Positions 47,241 to 57,088 of a DNA stretch of 64,000 nt are shown one piece after another. The DNA is taken from positions 256,001-320,000 of the forward strand of contig JBFLYH010000003.1 of the NCBI GenBank assembly GCA_040756875.1, given 5' to 3'. The notes under the pieces were generated by a model, which was not told the DNA's origin, ran no database searches, and saw only the letters and a list, made by a program, of their open reading frames with translations. A program made the position numbers and the translations under genes. This DNA comes from a candidate division FCPU426 bacterium. Its GTDB lineage: Bacteria > Oederibacteriota > JAAXVQ01 > JAUVAV01. Every line of letters starts with the position of its first letter. The first letter of the stretch is position 1.

Positions 47241-50166
47241 AATAACCGGCTATTGACGTTGGTTCCAAACTGCCCGGCGATTCAAGCAACTCCCGCAGTT
47301 CCAAACGGACGGTGTTTCCGGCTGCCGGCTCCAGATCCAGGAGCAGGGCCTGTTGCAGTTGGGTCCCTTCCAGGTAAAAGAAATATTCAGCAACTCCCTG
47401 CCGCGTTGTCTGGCAGAGAAAATGCTCTTCATTATAGCCGTTCTGCCGGTCTTTTGAATAATAAAGCCGGCAGGCGCCGGTTGCCGACCCCGTCCTGGTC
47501 AGGCGGAAAAGGTATTTTCCCGACAGCCCCGGCGGCACCGGCAGCGCCCATTGCGCCCGCCCGTTCCCGGTCCGCCGCAGCAGTCCGGGCGCGTCCCAGT
47601 GCGAAAGGGTTTCCGAACATTGGTAGGTGAAAACCTCCTCCAGAGCGGCCGCGGACAAATTCTCGCAATACTCCCGGCTCCAGTCCAGGGACAATGCCTG
47701 TTCTGCCCCTCCCACCAGTCCGAGTTTCAGCGAGCGAATCAGGTATTTTCCCGCATGGCAAGCCGGGTCCAGGCGCAAGGGCCGGTCCAAGGCGCCGCGC
47801 GCCAGGTTGAAATACATTTCATTCCGGCCCGGCTTGAGGTCCCGGCTGCTGCTGTTTTCCTCGCTGTATCCCTCGCCGGGTTGGGTCGTAAAAAATAGCT
47901 GGGCGCTGGTTTTCCGATCGGATTCCAGCACCAGCCGCAAGACGCCGGCCGTAGTCCCCTGGCCCTGTACCCGGGGAAGATACAACTGCGGATCTGTGCC
48001 GGTGACGGCCAACTCCAGCCCCTCTTCCGTGCAGGTCAACCGCGCTTCCGCGTTGCCTTGAATCCTCGCCAGCTCTTTTCCGCTCAATTCGTACCAGCTG
48101 GTCACGGGATAGATCAACCGCAGCCGATCCGGCGCTCCGGCCTCCCGGCTTTTTCCGCTCCCTCTCAGGTTGCTGACAGCCAGTTCTTTGATCAAATAGA
48201 GCCCGCTCTGGCCTCCCGGATCCAGGCGCAAGCCGCCGCCCAGACTTTCGGGGCTCACCCGAAACCGCAGGCGATTCATTCCGGGCCGGACATGCCGCCG
48301 GAGGCTGCGTTCCTCGGCGAATGCCTGGTCTGAAGCCAGGCGGAAATAAACCTGCGCCCAGGTATCTTCGCTGGACTCCAGTGCCAGCTCAAGCACCGGC
48401 CGGGCGTCCGCCGCCGCGGCCAGGGAAGGCAGCTGCAGGCTGGGGTCCGGGTTGCTGGCGCCGATCCACAAGCCCCGGGCCAGACTTTGCAATTGAGCGT
48501 CTTTGTTCGCCGTCAGCACCGCGTCCATCCCCCCCACGATCCGGCGCTCCGGCCCGGTTTCAGCCAGTATCCAGAGCCGGCTGGCGTCGGAGGCAGCCGG
48601 TACGTCCGCCATTATCGAAGCCGCACCCAATGAAGGCGGCGGATCGATGGCAAACACCTGCGCCGACTGAAGCAGGATGGTCCCAGGCTGGCACAGCGGG
48701 TCAAACCGCATGGGATAGGACAACTGCTTGGCGTTTAGAGGGAAAACCAGGCTGTTCCTGCCGCGCCGGATGTCTTTAAAAAAGCTCCGGTCCTCGCCGT
48801 AGCCCTGGCCGGGGGCCTCCCTATAAAACAACTGCCCCGACGTCGCCACTGAGGAATTGAATTCAATTTGCAGGATATAGTCCTGGTTCATGGGCAAAGC
48901 CGTCCGGGGCAAATAAACCATGGGATCATAGCTCCGGAAATCGCACTTCACTCCCTGCGCGGTTTTTTCAGGCTGCAAGGTTCGGTTGCTATCCTGATAT
49001 TTTAAAGTGACCGGATCCAGCTCGCATACGGCCCTAGCGTTGAGCCTGGTGAAAAGCTCGGCCATCGAAGCGACCACTTGGCGGTCCCCCACTTCGATAA
49101 CCATGCGGTCGAAATCCGAAAATTGGCCGGCCAAAAACACGTCCTCGAGCAGCGTATTGTAATGAACAAAGACCGCATCCTGAAAATACTCCGCCAAATA
49201 CCTGCGGTAATTCCCGAGCATGGAATCATAAATGACCAGGCTCTTTCCCGGAATGAACTGTTGCGTATCGCTGTGATAAACATAATGCACCGGCGCTCGC
49301 CACGTCTTTTCGGATTGCAGCCATTCCTGCTTAAGGCAGCGCACATCCCGGCGCCTGAGTTGCAGGGCTGTATCCTTTTCGGCCACCGGGCCGATTCCCG
49401 ACAGCAAGGGCAGATCTCCATAGACGTCGATCCTCCCCCGGGCGGCCACTTCCGAATCCCGCCAGAGGCCGGGGTGGAGCGCTTCGACCATGGTTTTGAG
49501 CATCATCATCCTGCCCTGGTACGTATGATGGGTGTCGAACGTCAAAAAGACCGGTCCCCTGTTCCGGGAGCGCGCCATTTGATAGGCGCGGGTCAACCCC
49601 CAGACGCCTTGCCGTTCGTGATCCGTAAAAAAGTTGTGGATCTGCGTCCGGCGGCGGTGGTAGCGGTCAGCCAAAGCCCGATCACGGGCCCTGAGTTTTT
49701 CGGGATAAATCATATCTTTGTCAGGCGGAATAAAAATGCGCAAACCGGGCTTGAGCCCCGGTTGCCGGCCGAGAAAATGTTCCATCATCTTCAGCACCCG
49801 CCGGGTCTTGGCTTCTTCCCACGGCCGGTAATAGGCGCTGCGGATGAAAAACCATCTGGTCGGGCCCACCACAACATCACCGAACAGGCGTTCGTTCAGA
49901 AGGTAATAGGCCAGGCGGTTTTTAATAATAATCAGCAGGCCGCGGAAAGGCAGCCGGTCCTGCAGGGCTTGGTTGACCTCGCTGTAGGTCCGCGTCTTCA
50001 ACAAATCCCAAACTGTGACGATTCGCGGCCAGCGGGCAAGCTGGCGTTTCTCCACCTTCTGGATGAACCACTCCTCGTTCGGGTTCCTCCAGGGCTGCCA
50101 GCACACCGGTGCAAAAAGCATGGCCAGGCAAAACCCGCCGGCGATATTCAGGAGTGTTTTTTTCAT
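47239..50166 (-). CDS. AlgJ/AlgX-like O-acetyltransferase paralog with tandem C-terminal domains
   Basis: DRLPFR, PDKDMIYPE, DTHH, YDS, repeated MRFDP/LRLDP modules; same architecture as 42761-45661. Confidence 0.75.
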   Translation of the reverse strand: MKKTLLNIAGGFCLAMLFAPVCWQPWRNPNEEWFIQKVEKRQLARWPRIVTVWDLLKTRTYSEVNQALQDRLPFRGLLIIIKNRLAYYLLNERLFGDVVVGPTRWFFIRSAYYRPWEEAKTRRVLKMMEHFLGRQPGLKPGLRIFIPPDKDMIYPEKLRARDRALADRYHRRRTQIHNFFTDHERQGVWGLTRAYQMARSRNRGPVFLTFDTHHTYQGRMMMLKTMVEALHPGLWRDSEVAARGRIDVYGDLPLLSGIGPVAEKDTALQLRRRDVRCLKQEWLQSEKTWRAPVHYVYHSDTQQFIPGKSLVIYDSMLGNYRRYLAEYFQDAVFVHYNTLLEDVFLAGQFSDFDRMVIEVGDRQVVASMAELFTRLNARAVCELDPVTLKYQDSNRTLQPEKTAQGVKCDFRSYDPMVYLPRTALPMNQDYILQIEFNSSVATSGQLFYREAPGQGYGEDRSFFKDIRRGRNSLVFPLNAKQLSYPMRFDPLCQPGTILLQSAQVFAIDPPPSLGAASIMADVPAASDASRLWILAETGPERRIVGGMDAVLTANKDAQLQSLARGLWIGASNPDPSLQLPSLAAAADARPVLELALESSEDTWAQVYFRLASDQAFAEERSLRRHVRPGMNRLRFRVSPESLGGGLRLDPGGQSGLYLIKELAVSNLRGSGKSREAGAPDRLRLIYPVTSWYELSGKELARIQGNAEARLTCTEEGLELAVTGTDPQLYLPRVQGQGTTAGVLRLVLESDRKTSAQLFFTTQPGEGYSEENSSSRDLKPGRNEMYFNLARGALDRPLRLDPACHAGKYLIRSLKLGLVGGAEQALSLDWSREYCENLSAAALEEVFTYQCSETLSHWDAPGLLRRTGNGRAQWALPVPPGLSGKYLFRLTRTGSATGACRLYYSKDRQNGYNEEHFLCQTTRQGVAEYFFYLEGTQLQQALLLDLEPAAGNTVRLELRELLESPGSLEPTSIAGY

Positions 50167-50168
50167 GT

Positions 50169-51605
50169 TTAAAATTTGAAATAAATAAAGGGTTGAAAAT
50201 CGCTGCTCGCCATCATCAAAACCGCCGCCACCAGACCCAGGGCGGCCACCGATAACCTGAGCCAGGCGGCTGTCCGGGAGTCGGCATGGTCAAAATAGCT
50301 CCCCGAACTCTCGGCCCGCGGCCAAAACACCAGCAGCAATCCGAATCCCAAGGTCACCAGGCTCTGGTTGCTGATGTTTGCCAGCCAGTAAAAGTGCAAG
50401 GGTTCCTGCGGGATGGTGACCAACCCCCGGAAATAGTCCGCTGCGGCGGGAAGGTTCCGGGCCCTGAAAAACACCATGCCCAGCATAATCAGGAAAAAAG
50501 CGATCATTCGCTGCAAACCCGGATGCCGGAAATCCTCGGGCAGGCGTTTCCCGGAAATCCGCTCCCAGCACATGAAAAAACCGTGATACAGCCCCAGCGC
50601 GATGAAGGTCCAGTTGGCGCCGTGCCAAAATCCCATCAGCACGAATACCACCAGCAAATTGAAGTATATTTTCCAGGAAGAAACCCGCGACCCTCCCAGG
50701 GGGATGTACACATAGTCCCGAAACCAGGTCGAAAGCGAAATGTGCCAGCGCCGCCAAAAATCCGTGAAACTGACCGCCATATACGGCCGGTTGAAGTTTT
50801 CCCGGAAATGAAACCCGAACACCCTCCCCAACCCGATCGCCATGTCCGAATATCCCGAAAAATCGAAATACACCTGCAGCGTAAACGCCACCAATCCCAG
50901 CCACGCCAGCCCGGCCCCCAGCCCCTGGTCCAGACCGAACGCCTGGTCCGCGATCATCCCGATCGGGTCCGCGATCACCGCTTTCTTGAACAGCCCCAGC
51001 ATGAAGCGGACCAGCCCCGAGGCGACGTTGTCCCAGGTGTGTTGCCGCGACTTGACCTGCGGCTCGATCTCGTCATAGCGCACGATCGGCCCCGCGATCA
51101 GCTGCGGAAACATCGACAAGTACATGCCCATGTCCACGGGATTCTTGATGACCCCGACATGCCCCCGGTAGACGTCGATGACGTAGCTGAGCGCCTGAAA
51201 CGTGAAAAAGGAGATGCCGATGGGCAGCAGGATGCCCGGATTCGGAAACGGCCGGACCTGGGGCAGGATCCAAAAGATCACCTGGTCCAGCTGTTCGACC
51301 AGGAAGTTGGCGTATTTGTAATAGCCCAGCAGGGCCAGGTTCATGACGATGGCCAGGGTCAGCCAGGCTTTTTTCACGGCAGGCTGCTGCTTTCGATCCG
51401 CCCGGTTGATCAGCAGGCCAAACATCCAGTTCCCCGCGATCGAAGCCATGAAAACCAAAACGACTTCGCCCGCGCCCCACATATAGAACAACAGGCTCAT
51501 GACCAGCAGGACGGTGTTTTTCCACCGGACTGGCCTGAACCCGAAATACAGGAGGAGTATCAGCGGCAAAAAATAGAACAGAAAAGTGACGGACGAAAAC
51601 ACCAT
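50169..51605 (-). CDS. MBOAT family O-acyltransferase (AlgI/DltB-like) paralog
   Basis: Same motifs as 45664-47100; start MVFSSVTF. Confidence 0.95.
   Translation of the reverse strand: MVFSSVTFLFYFLPLILLLYFGFRPVRWKNTVLLVMSLLFYMWGAGEVVLVFMASIAGNWMFGLLINRADRKQQPAVKKAWLTLAIVMNLALLGYYKYANFLVEQLDQVIFWILPQVRPFPNPGILLPIGISFFTFQALSYVIDVYRGHVGVIKNPVDMGMYLSMFPQLIAGPIVRYDEIEPQVKSRQHTWDNVASGLVRFMLGLFKKAVIADPIGMIADQAFGLDQGLGAGLAWLGLVAFTLQVYFDFSGYSDMAIGLGRVFGFHFRENFNRPYMAVSFTDFWRRWHISLSTWFRDYVYIPLGGSRVSSWKIYFNLLVVFVLMGFWHGANWTFIALGLYHGFFMCWERISGKRLPEDFRHPGLQRMIAFFLIMLGMVFFRARNLPAAADYFRGLVTIPQEPLHFYWLANISNQSLVTLGFGLLLVFWPRAESSGSYFDHADSRTAAWLRLSVAALGLVAAVLMMASSDFQPFIYFKF
50683..51526. repeat. 844-bp apparently identical tract, copy 2
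   Basis: Matches 46178-47021. Confidence 0.9.
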
Positions 51606-51639
51606 GAAACGGTCTGCTCCTTCTATTCGCACCCGAACT

Positions 51640-54600
51640 TCAAATCATCAAACCCAGATCACCCAGAAGGTTCCCGGCGTACTGTTCGAACTGGTACTCG
51701 CGCGCAGCCTTGTTCATGGCTGCCTGCACCAATTCCCGGCCTGATCCGGGATCACGCAACAAACGGCAGACTTCGCCGGACATGGCCTGGATGTCTAGAT
51801 AAGGGACGACAACGCCGCAGCCTGCAGCCAGCATTTCCGCCGCGCCGCCGCTGCCGGTAAAAGCCGCCACCGGCACGCCGACCTCCATGGCCGAGAGCAC
51901 GACATTGGGAAAAGGATCCTCGCGGGAGGTGAGGGCGAAGACATCCGCGGCCGCCAGGTACAGGGCGTCGTCCTTTTGAAAACCGATAAAATGCACTTTC
52001 CGGTCCAGGCCGGTCCGGGCCAGGTCATGCTTCAGCCAGGCCTGGAATTCGGGCTGCAGGCTGCCTGCCCAGATGAAATGCACGTTCACATCCGCCAGTT
52101 GCCGCAAAACGCTTTGCGCCAGGGCCACGAACAGGTCCGGCCCCTTGCGCAAATCCGCATAAGCGCAGTTCAAAACGATTTTGCTGTTCGGACCCAGCCC
52201 GTGTTTTTGGGCCACTTTCTGGCGGGCCATTTCCCGCTTTTCCCGGTAGCGGTTGGGTTGCAGAATCCCCTGGGGGCGTATCCGGCATTTGGCCGGCGCC
52301 AGGGGATGCCACTCCAAAAAGGCTTTTCGCACGTACTCCGCGGGAAACGCCAACACGTCCGCGGCTTCGGCCAGCTGCTTCGCCAGCGTTTGATAACCGT
52401 AGGTTTGAATCAAAGTGGGCAGCTCGTGCACCAGGCCCAGTACGTTGAATCCCCGCGGTTTCAACCAGGCCGCCAGATCGCCCGTAACCACCGTGTTGCA
52501 GATGACGGAACGGATCCGCTCCGACTGCAACCGTCTGCCGATGGCTTCCAATGCCGCCGGCTCGGAACCCCGTTGCCGGATTTCGTCCGTTAAGCGGATC
52601 ACTTTGCCGTACTTGGCGAATTCCGAAAGAAGTTCACCATCCTGTTTGCTGACAATGACCAGCGTGTATTTCATTTTTTCCGCCAAGGTCCTGGCCAGGG
52701 TCAAGGCGATGAATTGGGCGCCATGACAGTGTCCGTCATGGATCACCAGGCCCAGCCGCTTGGGGCCGGGCTCTTCCGGGGCCAGCGGCCTGTTTTCAGG
52801 CGGCGCCGACTCCACGGCCACAGTAGAAACGGCCGCCGGGCCGGCCTGCTTCTGACCCGCCGGTTTTTCCAAAACCCGCCTGGTGGCTTCCAGCCAGGCA
52901 TGGCCGTATTCCAGGTCCGGCTCCAAATGCGCGCCTTCGCCCCATTCATTCCAGGCATTGACGAACAGCATGGCTTCCGGGTCGTTCCCCACCCCCGGCT
53001 TATTGATCAGCCCTTCCAGCCACAACTGGTATCGCTCGGGCGTGGCCTTGTAAAAAACGAGGCCGCGTTCGCGCCTGCGGGGGGTGTTGTCCCAGCACGT
53101 CATGACCCCGCGGTGGTACGTAAAAGCCGGCTCGGGCCGCCGCAACGAATATTCCATTATTTCCCGGTAATCAGCGATGTGACCGGCAAAACCCGGATCA
53201 AGCCCGGGAACGGTGGCGGCGATGTTTTGAGTGGCAAAATGGTTGGGCGGGAATTCCACCAGGGCGTCAAATCCCCGGTCGCGGGGATCGCCGAAGCCGA
53301 CGGTTTCCACTGCGCACAGGTGCAGGCCCGGCAACCCGGCTTGCACGCATGCTTCGCGCCAGGCGCGGGCGGTCCGCTTCGGGTCGTGCATCCGGTCCGT
53401 CCGGTAAACCAGCAGCACGGGCCGGCCTTGGTAACGGATATACCGGGGATCCCGGAAAAGCGGCAGCAGTTCGTGAATGAAATCCAGATCAGACTCCAGC
53501 GTATGTTCCTGCGAAATGAGGACATCCTGGTCCTGGCCGTCCCAATTTCGCGTCCAGTTCTCGTTGGCCCAGCACACGCAGAAGGGAAAATCCGGTTCAC
53601 CCGCAGCCACCACTTCCTGCAGCGGCTGCTCCAGCAGGCGCCGGCCGTTGAACCAGTAGTAATAATAGCAGAAGCCGTGAATGCCGTACGCCCTGGCCAG
53701 GGCGGCCTGTTGTTCGCGGACTTCCGGCACGCGCAAATCGTAAAAGCCCAGATCCGCGGGAAGATGCGGCTGGTAGTGGCCGGAAAAAAGCGGCCGGGCC
53801 TGGGCCACGTATTCCCATTCCGTGAACCCGGGCCCCCACCAAGCGTCGTTCTCCGGAATGGGATGGTATTGCGGAAGATAGAACGCGATCAGGCGCGGCC
53901 GAAGCGGGTCTGCTGCCAAGGGCTGCGGCCGCTCATGGACCGGCCTCCGCAGCGAATCGCGCTTGCGGACGGGCACTTCGCCGGTCGTCGGGGAGGGGCC
54001 GGCATCCGGATAGGTCTGCGGACTCTCGGCTCCGGCCACGGCCTTCGGCAACCGGCCTTCCTGGCGGCCGTAAAGCCAAAAGTGGCGGAAAGGCGCAATC
54101 CCGGCCTGGATGACGTCCGGATACTGTTCCATGTAGAAAAGCGAATCAAACTCCGGCCCCGGATCCCTGCCTTCCGCTTCGCCGTATCTCAGGAAATGGA
54201 CCAGGGGATTCATGCCCGAAAGCGCGGCGTCCGGATTCCTCCGCAAATAATCATCCCCGTCGAAATAGGGGTTGGGCCGCTTGTGCTCCCCGGCGCCTTG
54301 GCGCAGGTAGTGGCCGATGGGATCGTTGAGGCCGGCTGCTTGAGCCGGGTATTGGCTGAGATAAAACGCTTCATCGAACAACCCGCTTTCCCGGATCATC
54401 GCCGCCACGGCCGGCCTGGACCGCCAGGTCCGCCAGAAGGCGGCTTGGCCCAGCCACGAGTTCAGTTTGCGTGCCAGTGTTTGCCTGACCGCCCTGGGAA
54501 TGTGTTGCAGGCGAGTGGCGGCAAACCGCGCGGCCTGCAGTTGTTGCATGCCCCGGCGCATCAGCTCCCGCAGCCAGTCCAGGCGCTGATGGGCATGCCC

Positions 54601-56733
54601 GAGGGCCTGTTCCAAAACCTGGGCTTGATTTTTAGTCTGGGACAAAGCCGAGGCCGTCTTTTCAAATTCGCGCCGTTCCTGGGCCAGCGTGGATTCCAAG
54701 GCCCGGCTATGCGCCAGGTTGGCCTGCAAGTGCTGCTGCGCCTGGCTCAAGTCCGCCTGCAGGGCGTAATGGCGTTCCTGGGCGGCTTTCAGTTCCTGCC
54801 GCGTGCTTTCCAGCGCCGACTCCAGGGCGCGATTGTGGGCCTGCGTCGCCTCCAGGGCGGATTCCAACGTGAGGTTTTTCTCCTGGCTGGCGCGCAGCTG
54901 CAGCTGGAGACCGGCCACCTCCTTTTCCAGCGCCTCTCCGTGGGCCTGGCTGTCCAGGAGCCGCTGCTGCAACAAGCCCAGCAATCGGGACCGCAGTTCC
55001 AAGCCCCGCTCGGCTGCCTGACCCTCCAGCGCCCGGGCCGGAGCTTGGGAAGGTATCAAATACAGGGCGTCGGTTTCAAAAACCCCCAGGGGCACCAGCC
55101 GCAGGTCCACGTCCGAGCAAACAGCAAAGGAATAAACACCCTGGCGCACTCCGGGCTGAAAGTCCGTGGTTTCAAAATCGCCCGTGAACGTGCCGTTTTC
55201 CACCCGCGCGTCCGCCTGGTCCGCGGCCAGGTACGATCCCTGGACGATTTTTTGCTTCGCCATCACCATGTTTTTATATTGTTTCCGCAGCAGCTCGATC
55301 AGTTCGGCGTGGGCCAGTTCATGCACATGATAAGGATTGGGTTCCGGGTTCACGGCGTCGAAAACGGGCTTGTCCGGGGAGGAAATGACCAGCACGCCGT
55401 CGGCTTTCAGGCAGCGTTTGATTTCCGCGAGGAATGCTTCAGGGTCCTGGATGTGCTCGATGGTTTCGAAAGATACCACCACATCCACGCTGGCGTCCGC
55501 CAGAGGGATGGCCTCGGCCCGGCCCACCCGGAATTCCAGGTTGGGGCGGGCATACTTGCGTTGGGCGTGGGCGATCGCTTCCGGCGAAATATCCACGCCC
55601 GTCACCTGTTTGGCCTCGCGGGCCAGAAGCGCAGAGCCGTACCCTTCTCCGCAGGCCAGATCCAGCACCACCTGGCCGCGGGCCAGCTGGGCGGCCACGG
55701 CATAACGGTGCAGATGTTCGACCGCGATTTCCCCCTGCAGCGAGGGAACCAGCCTTTCGCCTGTCCAGGGCAGCTCTTCCGGTTCAGCGTCCGGTCCGGG
55801 CCCGGCAGGCTGCGTCTCCGCCGCGGCCGCTTTCCGGAGTGCGGGCTTCTGCATGACAATGCAATTCTGATCGAAGAAATAATGCGTCTTGAAATCGATC
55901 ATATCGATCGCGGCGAATTTCTCTCCGCATGCTTTCCGGATATACGCCAAAGGAATCATGGCTTCGCCGTACTGGCCGGGTATGTTCGGATCCCCGCCCA
56001 GTCCGTCGTAGCAGAACGCGCCCGCGTCATAAGCGCGCAGGACCGTGTCCTCGTCCTGAAACGCTTTGGCCGAGCCTAGGGCGTGTTCCGGCACCTCCCC
56101 GGACTCCCGGCTTTTCTTGAATTCCATCACCGCCTCGCGTGGCCGGGTGGTGATGACGAGAACGCCTCCGGGCCTCAGCAGGCGTCGAAACTCATCCATC
56201 CAGGCCAGGAAATATTTTTCCGGCAGATGCGAAAAAATGGAATAGGAGACAATGGCATCCAACGAGGCGTCCGGAAGGTTAAGCGGAGGCAGGGGGTGGA
56301 TTCGTGCGAAGCGGCTGGGAAAATGCGCGTTACGGCAAAGGTTGACGGCTTCCTGGGTGACATCCACGCCTAAAAGATTTCCGGGCTGCACGTCCTTGAG
56401 CCAAAAACGCGTTATTCTGCCCCAGCCGCAGCCAAAATCCAGTAATTGGTTTTCCGGGGCCAGGGTCAAGCCCCGGCTGGCAAATGCCTGTTTGCACAGC
56501 TGGTAAAAGCCAAAAGCCTGCTTAAGAGTGGCCTCTCCGGCCTGGCCGGTGTATTTGCGCTGGATGTCCTCCGCAGGCAATGAGGGCAACAGTTCCCGCA
56601 ACCAAGCCTCGGTCCTGAAGCCCTCGGTCAGGCACCAATACCAAAAATCGTCGGACAGGCTTCCGAACAAAGATGAGATCGCCGCCGGCTCCGGACGGGC
56701 CGGTTTGGGGATGGACGGATTCAAATCGTGCAT
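51640..56733 (-). CDS. Multidomain glycan biosynthesis protein: two class I methyltransferases, coiled coil, repeats, WbsX-like domain, GT4
   Basis: LLDFGCGWG; WTGER...VLDLACGEG; long Q/E/L/A heptad region; FD..FY...H(Y/F)...G repeats; IAFYLPQYH...WWGPGFTEW; SREDPFP. Confidence 0.85.
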   Translation of the reverse strand: MHDLNPSIPKPARPEPAAISSLFGSLSDDFWYWCLTEGFRTEAWLRELLPSLPAEDIQRKYTGQAGEATLKQAFGFYQLCKQAFASRGLTLAPENQLLDFGCGWGRITRFWLKDVQPGNLLGVDVTQEAVNLCRNAHFPSRFARIHPLPPLNLPDASLDAIVSYSIFSHLPEKYFLAWMDEFRRLLRPGGVLVITTRPREAVMEFKKSRESGEVPEHALGSAKAFQDEDTVLRAYDAGAFCYDGLGGDPNIPGQYGEAMIPLAYIRKACGEKFAAIDMIDFKTHYFFDQNCIVMQKPALRKAAAAETQPAGPGPDAEPEELPWTGERLVPSLQGEIAVEHLHRYAVAAQLARGQVVLDLACGEGYGSALLAREAKQVTGVDISPEAIAHAQRKYARPNLEFRVGRAEAIPLADASVDVVVSFETIEHIQDPEAFLAEIKRCLKADGVLVISSPDKPVFDAVNPEPNPYHVHELAHAELIELLRKQYKNMVMAKQKIVQGSYLAADQADARVENGTFTGDFETTDFQPGVRQGVYSFAVCSDVDLRLVPLGVFETDALYLIPSQAPARALEGQAAERGLELRSRLLGLLQQRLLDSQAHGEALEKEVAGLQLQLRASQEKNLTLESALEATQAHNRALESALESTRQELKAAQERHYALQADLSQAQQHLQANLAHSRALESTLAQERREFEKTASALSQTKNQAQVLEQALGHAHQRLDWLRELMRRGMQQLQAARFAATRLQHIPRAVRQTLARKLNSWLGQAAFWRTWRSRPAVAAMIRESGLFDEAFYLSQYPAQAAGLNDPIGHYLRQGAGEHKRPNPYFDGDDYLRRNPDAALSGMNPLVHFLRYGEAEGRDPGPEFDSLFYMEQYPDVIQAGIAPFRHFWLYGRQEGRLPKAVAGAESPQTYPDAGPSPTTGEVPVRKRDSLRRPVHERPQPLAADPLRPRLIAFYLPQYHPIPENDAWWGPGFTEWEYVAQARPLFSGHYQPHLPADLGFYDLRVPEVREQQAALARAYGIHGFCYYYYWFNGRRLLEQPLQEVVAAGEPDFPFCVCWANENWTRNWDGQDQDVLISQEHTLESDLDFIHELLPLFRDPRYIRYQGRPVLLVYRTDRMHDPKRTARAWREACVQAGLPGLHLCAVETVGFGDPRDRGFDALVEFPPNHFATQNIAATVPGLDPGFAGHIADYREIMEYSLRRPEPAFTYHRGVMTCWDNTPRRRERGLVFYKATPERYQLWLEGLINKPGVGNDPEAMLFVNAWNEWGEGAHLEPDLEYGHAWLEATRRVLEKPAGQKQAGPAAVSTVAVESAPPENRPLAPEEPGPKRLGLVIHDGHCHGAQFIALTLARTLAEKMKYTLVIVSKQDGELLSEFAKYGKVIRLTDEIRQRGSEPAALEAIGRRLQSERIRSVICNTVVTGDLAAWLKPRGFNVLGLVHELPTLIQTYGYQTLAKQLAEAADVLAFPAEYVRKAFLEWHPLAPAKCRIRPQGILQPNRYREKREMARQKVAQKHGLGPNSKIVLNCAYADLRKGPDLFVALAQSVLRQLADVNVHFIWAGSLQPEFQAWLKHDLARTGLDRKVHFIGFQKDDALYLAAADVFALTSREDPFPNVVLSAMEVGVPVAAFTGSGGAAEMLAAGCGVVVPYLDIQAMSGEVCRLLRDPGSGRELVQAAMNKAAREYQFEQYAGNLLGDLGLMI

Positions 56734-56785
56734 AGACCTGCCTGCTTTTGGGAAAAATAATGCCATACTATATCATACCAGCCAT

Positions 56786-56975
56786 TAAAAAACCGCCTCT
56801 TACCCATCGTTTAATGCGTTCGGCCTCTCGATCCCGGATGGAGCGTCCGGGGTACCACCTTCAACCCTGGTTACCTGCTCTTGGCGGCATCCCCGGAGCA
56901 ACGATCCCACATTCACCTCCGAGCGACTGAAAGAAGTCCCTTCAGGGGCAAGCTCGGGGTGCCCTGGGAGGGGGT
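56786..56975 (-). ncRNA. Candidate structured RNA upstream of the glycan operon (family unidentified)
   Basis: About 190 nt of intergenic DNA with several stems that need G-U pairs on the minus strand, partial 5'/3' end pairing and a terminal U-run. Confidence 0.4.
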
Positions 56976-56993
56976 GGCGCGCGGGATTTCGCT

Positions 56994-57023
56994 TTGACAT
57001 ATTTCTCTGCGTTTTGGCATAAT
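56994..57023 (+). promoter_or_regulatory. Sigma70-type promoter candidate
   Basis: TTGACA-N18-CATAAT with a TG extension, upstream of 57089. Confidence 0.5.
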
Positions 57024-57088
57024 TCATCCGGACAGGTGCAACTCAATGATGAGTTGACCGTCCTTTTATCTCATTATAAAGGCCTTCC

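Noticed and set aside
52714..56079. 1121-aa plus-strand ORF and other long antisense ORFs (e.g. 24924-26282, 50286-51860, 17645-18760)
   Set aside because: Shadow frames of GC-rich genes on the opposite strand, with no recognisable motifs.
56845..56865. T-box riboswitch (GGTGGTACC on the minus strand)
   Set aside because: No antiterminator closing helix or Stem I motifs, and the downstream genes are unrelated to amino acid metabolism.
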